Program-made: the position numbers and the translations under genes
The notes under the pieces: model-generated
Told to the model about the DNA's origin: nothing
Databases searched by the model: none
Seen by the model: the letters and a program-made list of their open reading frames with translations, nothing else
Part shown: piece after piece, positions 12,901 to 22,979 of the stretch
Position numbering within the stretch: position 1 is the first letter of the stretch
How the letters are laid out: the number at the start of each line of letters is the position of its first letter
Source: Negaprion brevirostris
Taxonomy: Eukaryota
Assembly: GCA_030324005.1 (NCBI GenBank)
Contig: JARDVH010000073.1
Span: 43,499,373 to 43,563,372, forward strand
Direction of reading: 5' to 3'
Length of the DNA: 64,000 bases

Positions 12901-13627
12901 CAGAGTTTTCAACCAGATCTGCTTGTGGGAGACAGCATGCTGCAATAGTAACCATCTTTCCATTCTGGAGGATTGTATTATGGAGAAATTGTACAGTAAA
13001 TTTACCAATTGCATACTTCCTGTAGAGAGTAGTTGAAAAAAAAACACATGGCTATAGCATCATAGTATCATTTGATGACAATATATTCCTTTAAAGTACC
13101 ATTCCCTGATGAATTTACTTGTGGTAAATTTAAACAACAAACAAATCAAAAAGCCAGTGATGCTTTATAAGATAGTTCAAAAATATATTTCCAAGGAGAA
13201 GATATAGTCGCTCATGTTCTTTTTTCTGATATTCAGGGCTACAAAAAGATGGCTTCAGCAGATGTAAGCTAGTTCAGAATATTAAATACCTGCATATTTC
13301 AGTGACTTGGCTTACAATTATGCCAAATCCAGATTGATCCAACAAAGTCGCAAGTACAATGGATAATGCACAATTCATGGAATACAGCAGCAGTGTTATT
13401 GAGAACTGGTCGCCTTAGCAAGTTAGCACACTAGCCTTTTCTTTCACTACTAGTGACATCCAAGAAATAGATTACAATAGGCATGAGCTGTTTTACAGTG
13501 TCCATATGGCATTTTTAAATTGGCAATCCCATTATACAGGGGATTGGTGTGTCACACTGGTTGAAGGGGCATGTTACAAGTTGGGATACAGTAACAAAGC
13601 AAGTGATATGTTGAATCTAAACCAAGT

Positions 13628-13762
13628 GTGCTGGTTAGATGCATTGGCCATGCTAAATTCTCCTTCAGTGTATCCAAACAGACGCCGGAGTGTGGCAACT
13701 AGGGGATTTTCACATTGCAGTGTTAATGTAAGCCTACTTGTGACACTAATAAATAAACCTTA
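13628..13762 (+). mobile_element. 5'-truncated HE1-like SINE with the alternative tail
   Basis: cattggccatgctaaattctcc...gccggagtgtggcaactaggggattttcac...cctacttgtgacactaataaataaac. Confidence 0.75.
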
Positions 13763-16700
13763 CTAAAAGTGACACCAGATTGCCAACACAGGAATCTGTT
13801 CTGTACCTTAGATTATTTATCCCTCCATCTGAACAACCCAAATGTTCACCAAGGTAAATAAAATGACCATGCTGAGGTATTGTGCTTTTGGAAGGTCAGA
13901 GCTATTCTGACGATACTGGCTGTGTAATGAAGAGAAGGAAGGCAGAAGGCTTCTGTTGCATTTGCTAACTTGTATCATTATAGCCAATTATTATTGATAT
14001 ACTTTGTTCTCTGTTCCATATTCAGAGCGATGTTTCCAGACATTGTTTTCCAAAACTTACATGGGTCCTTACAATTGGCACACAAACAAAAGTTCCTTCA
14101 GTTAATGGAGACAGATAAAGAACAGATTTTTACTGGCAATTTGGGTCTGGCCAGGCTATCTCTTCACTCAAATGAGAAGAATATTGTTATCTCATCAGAA
14201 CTGACAATTTTATGAAAGAAGTCTATACAAGTATTTTTGTTGCATGAAGATTGCTTTCTTAGATTTATGCCTGCATGTTTTAAGGTATAAATCTTTAGNN
14301 NNNNNNNNNNNNNNNNNNNNNNNNNNNNNNNNNNNNNNNNNNNNNNNNNNNNNNNNNNNNNNNNNNNNNNNNNNNNNNNNNNNNNNNNNNNNNNNNNNTG
14401 ACAAATACGGCTTTGCACCCCATCTTGAACTTGTTCTAATGCTTGATCTTAGCCAAAAAGCTGGGTTCTTAGAGATGTGCCCGAATACTGTCCCCAATTA
14501 GTAACAGCTGTTCTTAATCACAACAAGAGCCTGCAGTCAATTCCAACAGCATTTGCAATATTGATGTGCCACGCTCTGTGATGAGGCACAACTCAAAAGG
14601 CACACCAACTTCATGGCAGACCCACTGCAGCTAATAAACAAAATTTGAATCCTGGTGGGAAGAATTCAATCTAGATAATCTTTACTGCGAGGCTGCAATT
14701 CCATTAATCAATGTGGGATCACAATTGACAGTGTGCGACTTAATAAGAGATGCTGTGTGAACCTGAGAGACAGATTTCAAAAAAAAATCTAGAAATCCAG
14801 AAAATAGGAAAACTGGTAATGTGACTTTTTTCAAGGATAATGAAGAATCGGTTCAACTAATGGCCAAACTGATTGATGGAAGNNNNNNNNNNCTGACAGA
14901 AATGATTTGTAGAAATTGGCTAGTGTTTCTGAAACAGTTTATTTAAAAGACTAGTTATTATATTGACATGGGGGAAACTGCTCTCAATGCCTTTGCTCTT
15001 GAACACATTTCGCTGTTACCCTACATTTCAAGATGATATTAGGAGAAAATATCATTAAGCCAGCTTTGCCGATATGGACATTTCCTGTAATCATAATCCA
15101 TCTGGTGAGGCTAGAATCTATGTTGACAACAGAAGATGGGATGATATGACTGCCAAAGACAAGATGCCTCACTAGGATTATTGTTAGGATTTCTGTCTAA
15201 AATTACATAGATCATCAAACTGGATCTGGTTTCCAAGAATTAACAAACAGCTATGCAGCAAGAGTAAGGCAGCCTTTCATCACAGTAAGGGTTGTTCCAG
15301 TTTGTACTACAAATAATTATATTCCAGCATATTTTAAAGAATGTACGAGCCCAACTGCAATGTTCGTTACTGTACTTGAATGATATTGTTATACTGTCAG
15401 CCATAACACTTGACTGATGTAATGGTTTTTAGAAACTATTCATTGGATTCAGAATGCAAAATTGATTAATTTTTTTTGGCAAAAGTAATATCTGTAGGAG
15501 ATATTGGCCTGAATTGTTCAATCAGTTGCTTCTGAACTGGAGTGGAGGACAGCATGGTTGGTGCCCTTTCAATCATTACAGGTGACACTATCATTACTTT
15601 CAAGGGTAACCTCATTGTAATAGTATAGACAAAATTCAGGTTTCAAAAATATCCCTGATTGACAAACAGGCCTTGCAGGTGAGGGATAGCAAACTAACAC
15701 AAGATTTAAAGATGTGCAGTAGTTTAAAGATGTAGACATTATCTTAAATTTTTTGGAGCAAAATAATTAAGAAAAGGAAGTGTAGAATTTCTAGTAGTAT
15801 CAGGGTAAAGTGGGCATGAATTTTCACCCATTGCTTTATGTCCACATTCCCACCTTGTTCCAAATCATTAGGACACAGTCAGTTCTATATTGGAGATAAA
15901 AGCCCATACCTGTAGTGCCGTAACTGAGATACACAGTGAATGGAAGAGGCAAAATTTTAAATAGTAAGCTGTTCCAAATGGTGACCAAAATCCAGGACTT
16001 GGCAAAAGACTTGAGCCCCCAGATAGGCTTATTCAATGGATGTCCCAAAGTCAAATAATTATCAATCCCTCTGGGATCAATAACTTTCAATTTGTACCTG
16101 TGCCTGCTCTTAGCAGAAATGGCGCAGCCATGGTATTTCAGATGGAAAATATACCGACACCCAGTGACCCATCCCTATCCCAACCACTACACCTCCACTG
16201 TAATTTTTTGTAACAAGAAAATTCATAGCATTTAAAAGAGCATTCGTGGTGTGGTCATGCAAACTCATATCTGTCACCTTTGTAAGGAAGAAGAAAAGCA
16301 CACCCTCAGGAGAGAGGTGCCAGATGATGGGGATGGAGGGGTTGGCTATATGGGCTGCAGATTTGTAAAGGGGTGGGGGGGCAGTTCTATACCAGCTGCA
16401 GATTTGTAATTTGTAATCTAAACCAGCTGCAGAATTGTAACAGTCATGTTTCTCCTCCTTATCTCTTGTACTCCAATCAGCAACTGATATCATGACACTT
16501 GATCTCTTTCTGACCTGTTGATAGTTGTTTTCCTCACTTGCTTCTTTCAAACAAAGGTCAACACACTTCACAACATGCACCTTCACTCATTCTGTCCTTC
16601 CCAAACACCAATTCAGGAGTATTTGCTCGAGAGTGAACCTCTGACATTTGTGCAATGCAGCAGACAAGAGGTGGTTAGCCAAGATTCCTACTGGTTTTGT

Positions 16701-17069
16701 AGGGCATAGATTAGGTGGTAAGCCTCCCCACTCTATTTTCTGTGTTCCGGGGTAGCATTACTGGTACAAAGTCCTGTTACAATGTCTTTTGGTTCTGTTT
16801 GCCATAAAAAAATGAGAAAGATTACGGTGCTACCTCTGATACAAAAAATAACCATAGGCATTAAACTATAGCATCACTGGGCTATCACAATACAAAACCT
16901 ATAGTGTGTGCACTAGATCAATTGCTTTTGCAGAAAGACAAATCAGGCATGATGAACCAAAAGTGTATTCTTCAGAAGGTCTACTGCCATGTAGTATGAA
17001 AGTGACCCAATCGGAATGAACAGAACATGCATTTCACAGCAAATTTCACTTCATACCATAAAAATAACG

Positions 17070-17276
17070 ACCATGAAAGTGCAGAGGGGGCAGATTCAAC
17101 CATGGCATTCAAAAAAGAATGGGATCATTATACGAATGATGGAAATTTTGCACAGCTACAAAAGATTGGGAGAGGGGCACTAGATCAATTGCTCTTGCAG
17201 AAAGACAAATCAGACATGATGATCCCAAATGTCCTTCTTCTGTACAACAGTCACTCTACAATTCTGTAATTCTATG
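17070..17276 (+). mobile_element. Old CR1 LINE 3' tail
   Basis: gagggggcagattcaaccatggcattcaaaaaagaatgggat...ccttcttctgtac...attctatg is a typical CR1 3' end. Confidence 0.5.
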
Positions 17277-17544
17277 CAGCTTGCTGAAATTTGAGATGAA
17301 AACCCACTTACAAATTAATTGTCCTCAAACTAACTGATCTGCTTGCTTGATTCTGGACTCTACCTACACTGTGCACAAGACTTTTGAATTGTCCTAAAAT
17401 ATATTTCAAGCACTCTTAGTGGAATTTTATCATTTCAGGGGTAAATGTAATTAAGAAGAACTTGAAATGTGTGGATGCCTAGTGCAAGTGAAGACAAGGG
17501 AAAAAATTGAAATCAAACTTCCATTGATAACATTTGCATCTATT

Positions 17545-17612
17545 TCATAGAAATCATAGAAATCCCACAGTACAGAAAGAGGCCATTCGGCCCATCGAGT
17601 CTGCACCGATCA
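17545..17612 (-). mobile_element. HE1 SINE 3' tail fragment
   Basis: catagaaatcatagaaatcccacagtacagaaagaggccattcggcccatcgagtctgcaccgatcac is the reverse of the HE1 tail. Confidence 0.7.
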
Positions 17613-17908
17613 CGACGATGGCCAACCAATGATGTCCACGTCCACAAATGAATAAAAAAAAATCACAGACGATACTGAAAACATAAAACCAAAATGTGAC
17701 ACCACCCTCCCCGCGGTACTCTCTGGGTGCCATCAAAGGAATGAGACTGAAATTTACTCCCAAGCTCGTTTCATGTGAAACCAATCGTTGGTAGGAGGGG
17801 ACTTTCACCGTGTCTGTTTTGATCACCTCCGTGTGCTCTACCTGTTTGTTCACTCTCGCTCTCCAGATTTCTATATTTATTACCTGTGGCCCTGAAGGCA
17901 TTTTTTTG

Positions 17909-18287
17909 TGAGCACAGTAAGAAGTCTCACAACATCAGGTTAAAGTCCAACAAGTTTATTTGGTGTCACGAGCTTCCTCCTTCATCAGGTGAGTGGAGAG
18001 TTGGGTTCACAAACAGGGCATATATAGACAGAGACTTTACAGGTAACCAAACCTTTACGGGTGCAGACAGTGCGAGTGGAGAGAGGGATAATTGCAGGTT
18101 GAAGAGGTATGAATTGTCTCAAACCAGGACAGTTAGTAGGATTTTACAAGCCCAGGCCAAATGGTGGGGGTGGCACATAGTGTGATATGAAGCCAAGATC
18201 CCGTTTGAGGCCATCCTCGTATGTGGAATTTGGCTATCAGTTTCTGCTCGGCGATTCTGCGTTGACGTGTGTCTTGACGGCCGCCTA
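17909..18287 (-). mobile_element. Penelope-like retroelement 3' fragment (end of GIY-YIG endonuclease region plus pLTR)
   Basis: One minus frame reads GGRQDTRQRRIAEQKLIAKF...RDLGF, like the C-terminus of vertebrate Penelope ORFs. It is followed by a pLTR with a degenerate hammerhead core and the terminal also seen at 1-70. Confidence 0.75.
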
Positions 18288-18520
18288 TCTCTGCACCATA
18301 ATTTTTGGTACATACTATGGTTTTTGGTAATAATACAGTTCAGTCTATGAAGTTGTGCTGCCCGCCACCAGACACACTGCTCTCTAAAGCCACGTCACAA
18401 ACTATTCAACATAGGATTACCTGAGACTACCACAAGTAGACGGATCGCCCTGTCTCTTGGTCAGAGTGAGAAACTTGCCTCACCCCTCACTGGCCACTGA
18501 GAATGATGGAGACTCAAACA

Positions 18521-18819
18521 CATGTGGCACAGTAATTAGCACTGCTGACTCTAAGTGCCAAGGACCTGGCTTGGGTCATTGTCTGTGTGGGGTTTGCACA
18601 TTCTCCCCGTGTCTGCATGGGTTTCCTTTGGTGCTTTGGTTTCCTTCCACACTCCAAAGATGTGCGGGTTTGGTTGATAGGCCATGCTAAATTTCTGCTT
18701 ATTGTCGGGGGCTAGTCGGGTAAATAAGTGGGGTTGTGGGCATAGGACTGGGTGGGATTGTGTTTGGTGCAGACTCGATGGGCTGAATGGCCTCCTTCTG
18801 CTCTGTCGGGGTTCTATGA
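18521..18819 (+). mobile_element. HE1-like V-SINE with CR1-type tail
   Basis: Same head, core and tail as 3168-3482. Confidence 0.85.
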
Positions 18820-19384
18820 GACATCACGTCACATAAAGAGATAGGAGGTCAGATGACTCAAAGCTTGATTTTAAAAAGGTAGGTTTTAAGGATCCTCCAA
18901 AAGGAGGAGGGAGAAAGAGAGGGGAGGCACGGTATATAGGGAGGGAAGTCTGAGAGGCAAGTCTAACCTAACCAGGAGGCAGGCATCATTAAAGTAGAAT
19001 GGGCAGAGAGTGAGAGTCAGACTCAGTGTGAGACCTGGACTCTTGTGCTATTGGTTTTTTCTTCCAGTTTGAGCCAAATTCTTGCCTTAAATGTGTTGAC
19101 GGTTCATTTGGTGAACGCTGGGGCTGTTTGGTAAACTCACTGCCAAAAACGATAGTATCTCTTTTGAAATAGCTGGCCTTTGTTACAGCTGGGGTGGGAG
19201 TGTTTTGAAATGCCTGTCACATTGTATGTGAATGTCTTACTTGCGTTGTTACTAAGAATATCCAGGCTGCTGTTACACTAACACCTTTGTCTCGCTCATT
19301 GACGCAAGAGTGACTGTATGCTTTGGATACCTGACTGTGGAGCGGAACAACATCGGACGTCCCTACAAAATAACTTTGGCTGAT

Positions 19385-19490
19385 GACGTTTCAGATCGAT
19401 GATCTTCCATCAGAACTGTCAGAAGTTAGTGATTCATTGCTTTATGGAATTGCAGAGGTCAGTGGGGGGAAAGGGGAAGGAAAAAAGAAA
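19385..19490 (-). mobile_element. Penelope-derived fragment with a hammerhead-like core
   Basis: Minus strand reads cagtt CTGATGG a agatc-atc-gatct GAAA cgtc. Confidence 0.45.
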
Positions 19491-19497
19491 GATTTGC

Positions 19498-19707
19498 ATC
19501 CTTCGGGTGCTCCGGTTTCCTCCCACAGCCCAAAGATGTGCAGGTTAGGTTGATTGGCCATGCTAAGTTGACCCTAGTGTCAGGAAGATTGTCAGGGTAA
19601 ATGTATGGGGTGACGGGAATCGGGCTTGGGTGGGATTGTGGTCGTTGCAGACTCGATGGGCTGAATGGCCTCCTTCTGCACTGTAGGAATCTATGGATTC
19701 CATGATT
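19498..19707 (+). mobile_element. 5'-truncated HE1-like V-SINE
   Basis: gggtgctccggtttcctcccacagcccaaagatgtgcaggttagg...gcagactcgatgggctgaatggcctccttctgcactgtagg. Confidence 0.85.
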
Positions 19708-19972
19708 ATTTGTCAATCAACCTGTCCCCTGGCAGTGATTGGGATTTGTGGAAGGGTACCGGATGTGTGTTCCCACAGGACGGCAGTCACACCATTTAAG
19801 AGCAATAGGGTAGCAAGTTAGTAAGTTGTTTAAGCATTCACACACAACCTAACAACTTTACATGGTATCAGGATCTGGCCAAGACAGCATGAGAATTCAG
19901 GTTCATCGACTCACTTATACTTGATGGGAATATCAGCAACAACAGGAAAAGGTTTGAGAAGGAATGGCATGT

Positions 19973-20652
19973 CCAGGAAGTATAAAGGAGACCATGTCCC
20001 TGTCTAAATCAATGGGTCTTCAAGTTTTTAGGTATCCAGATCACCAACAATCTGTCCTGGTCCCTCCCATACTGACACTATAGTTAAGAAAGCCCACCAA
20101 CTCCTTTACTTTCTCAGGCGACTAAGGAAATTTGGCACGTCCACTAGGACTTTCACCAACTTTTACAGATGCACCATAGAAAGCATTCTTTCTGGTTGCA
20201 TCACAGCTTGGAACAGCTCCTGCTATGACCAAGACCGCAAGAAGCTACAAAAGATCATGAATGTAGCCCAATCTCTCATGCAAATCAACCTCCCATCCAT
20301 TGACTCTGTCTACACTTCTCACTGCCTCGACAAAGCAGCCAGCATAATTCAGGACCCCACACACCCCGGGCACTCTCTCTTCCACCTTCTTCCTTCTGGA
20401 AAAAGATACAAAAGTCTGAGGTCACGTACCAACCACTTCTTTCCTGCTGCTGTCAGACTTTTGAATGGACCTACTTCACACTACGTTGATCTTTCTCTGC
20501 ACCCTAGCTATGACTCTAACACTCCATTCTGCACTCTCCCCTTTCCTTCTCTATGAACGGTATGCTTTGTCTTTATAGCATGCAAGAAACAATACTTTTC
20601 ACTGTATACTAATACATATGACAACAATAAATGAAATGAAATCAAAATCAAA
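19973..20652 (+). mobile_element. Rex1/Babar LINE 3' fragment
   Basis: Encodes FKFLGIQITNNLSWS...KKAHQLLYFLRRLRKFG...NFYRCTIESILSGCITAW and ORF 20257..20556 (DPTHPGHSLFHLLPSGKRYKSLRSRT), typical of the Rex1/Babar RT C-terminus. Ends with aataaa and a short-repeat tail. Confidence 0.85.
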
Positions 20653-20746
20653 ATGTCTTCTGCTATGCCAGTCTGTCCAACAAATCAAAGAGAGTTCAAG
20701 CCTTTGCGTTGCTGAACCTGGCAGGCTGGGAAGCTGTGAAGAAATC

Positions 20747-20877
20747 CGGCCAGAATTCCCTGGCCATCCACATCCTGTTGCCATTGCCAGTGAGGTCGGA
20801 GGATTTGGCCAAATCTCCATTCGCTGCAGCGGGCCAGGAAAATCCTGTTGGTGTGAACGGCTGGAGAATTCTGCTCT
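20747..20877. mobile_element. Short GC-rich MITE (~130 bp family)
   Basis: Ends cggccagaattc / gagaattctgctc. The internal sequence is the reverse of the copies at 34611 and 28050. Confidence 0.55.
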
Positions 20878-20948
20878 AGATTCCTTCCTGTTCCAGGAAA
20901 GGAAAGGCAAAGAGTTACGACTGAAGGAGTTTGGACAAATCTGCATCC

Positions 20949-21293
20949 TTTTTTGTGTTCATTTGCGGGATACGGGGGTCACCGGCTGGTCAGCATTCAT
21001 TGCCCAGCCCGAATTGTCCTTGGAGGGCAGTTGAGAGTCAATCACATTGCTGTGGGTCTGGAGTCACATGGAGGCCAGACCGGGTACAGACGGCAGATTT
21101 CCTTCCCTAAAGGACATTAGTGAAATGGGTTTTTCTGACAATCGACAATGGTTTCACGGTCATCAGTAGATTCTTAATTCCAGATATTTTTTCATTGAAT
21201 TCAAATTCCACCATCTGCCGTGGCGGGATTCGAACCCAGGTCTCCAGCTGAGTTTCTGGATTATAGTGATAATGCTACTTGGCCATTGGCTTC
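20949..21293 (-). mobile_element. Second tRNA-derived SINE family (family B)
   Basis: Reverse complement of 56990-57380. Box B ggttcgaatccc and core actaatgtcctttagggaaggaaatctgccgtc on the minus strand. Confidence 0.75.
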
Positions 21294-21457
21294 TGTAATT
21301 GTGGATAGATACACTTTCAACCCCCCTAGCCAGAAATCTGATGAATCCAGGGAGTCGTACGTCTCAACCCTCACAATTCTGCAAAAAGTGTGAATTCAAT
21401 GTTCTCATTGATGAGCTTGTTAGAGACTGTGTAGTGTGCGTAATACACAATGATAGG

Positions 21458-21728
21458 TTCACATTAACACTGCAATGAAGTAACTGGGAAAATCCCCGAG
21501 TCGCCACACTCCGGTGCCTGTTCGGATACAGTGAGGGAGAATTTAGCCTGGCCAATGCCCCTAACCAGCATGTCTTTCAGACTGTGGGAGGAACCCAGAG
21601 CACCTGGAGGAAACCCACGCAGACATGGGGAGAATGCGTAAACTCCGCACAGACAGTGACCCAAGCCAGGAATTGAACCCGGGCCCCTGGAGCTTTGAGG
21701 CAGCAGTGCTCGCCACTGCCGCCGGACC
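21458..21728 (-). mobile_element. HE1-like V-SINE with the alternative tail
   Basis: HE1 head/core (ORF 21464..21730 GPGSIPGLGHCLCGV...) followed by the aaattctccctcactgtatccgaacaggcaccggagtgtggcgactcggggatttt tail. Confidence 0.85.
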
Positions 21729-21759
21729 ATTAACCGGCATTTAACTTAATTTCAAAATT

Positions 21760-22655
21760 TGAAGATGATACCAAGCATTTTAAACTGAGGAGGATAGTGA
21801 TAGACTTCCAAGAGGATATGGACACACATGGTGGCACAGTGGTTAGCACTGATGCCTCACTGCGCCAGGGACCTGGGTTCGATTCCAGCCTCAGGTCACT
21901 GTCTGGAATTTGCACACTTTCTCTGTGTCTGCGTGGGTTTCCTTCGGGTGTTCCGGTTTCCTCCCACAGTCCAATGATGTGCTGCTTGGGTTGATTGGCC
22001 ATGGTAAAATTGACCCTTGTCAGGAGGCTTAGCAAGGTGGGGTTGTGGGAATAGGGCTTGGGTGTGATTGTGGTTGGTATAGACTTGATGGGCTGATTGG
22101 CCTCCTCCTGCACTGTGGGGATTCTATAACACATGGCAGATGAAATTTAATATAGACCAGTGTGAAGTGATGCATTTGGGTCAGAATAACGAGGAGAGGT
22201 GACAAAATAATGGGTACAATTCGCAAGGAAGTGCAGGAATGGAGGAGCCTGGGTATATATGTGAATAACTCATTGAAAGTGGCAGGCAAGTTGAGAAAAC
22301 AGCTGATAAATTACATTGTGCCCCCATTTACTAAAGAAGGATTCAGAGTACAAAAGGAAGTGATTCATGAACTTTCATAAAACATCGCTTCACCCTCAGT
22401 GTGAAAGTTGTGAAGAGTTTAAAGAAGGTGCAGAAAAGATTTACGAGAATGATTCTCAGGCCAGAACTCTTTAGTTGTGTGGATAGATTGGCGAAGCCAA
22501 GATACTTCTCCTGGCCGTCAAAAGAAGATTTTTTAGACGTGTTCAAAGTTAGGAGGAGTCTGGACACAGTAAATGAAGAGCTGTTCCCATCGTCAGAAGG
22601 TGGACAAAAGAACCAGCGATGACATGAGGAAAAAATCTATTGTCTAACAAGTGAT
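21760..22655 (+). mobile_element. CR1 LINE RT fragment interrupted by a SINE
   Basis: gatgataccaag...cttccaagaggatatggac before the SINE, then tggcagatgaaatttaat...tgtgaagtgatgcatttggg and LKKVQKRFTRMI after it. Confidence 0.7.
21828..22128 (+). mobile_element. HE1-like V-SINE inserted in CR1
   Basis: Full head, core and tail. Flanked by acacatgg at 21824-21831 and 22129-22136. Confidence 0.85.
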
Positions 22656-22755
22656 NNNNNNNNNNNNNNNNNNNNNNNNNNNNNNNNNNNNNNNNNNNNN
22701 NNNNNNNNNNNNNNNNNNNNNNNNNNNNNNNNNNNNNNNNNNNNNNNNNNNNNNN

Positions 22756-22979
22756 TGCATCTCAGGACACTAAGGGGCAATTTTAGCATGGCCAATCAAC
22801 CTAACCCACACATCTTTGGATTGGGGGAGGAAACCGGGGCATCTGGAGGAAACCCACGCAGACACGAGGAGAATGTGCAAACTCCACATCGACAGTGACA
22901 GTGACCCAAGCTGGGAATCAAACCCAGGTCCCTGGAGCTGTGAAGCAGCAGTGCTAACCATTGTGCTATTGTGCCATCC
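22756..22979 (-). mobile_element. HE1-like V-SINE (3' end in gap)
   Basis: Reverse complement of the HE1 head and core. Confidence 0.85.

Noticed and set aside
13105-13140. CTGATGA followed by an atttac/gtaaat stem, resembling a hammerhead
   Set aside because: There is no GAAA after stem II and no cleavage helix.
16110-16586. 158-aa minus-strand ORF containing three gctgcaga(t/a)ttgtaa repeats
   Set aside because: No domain similarity and no SCUBE-like cysteine pattern, so probably a chance ORF with a small local repeat.
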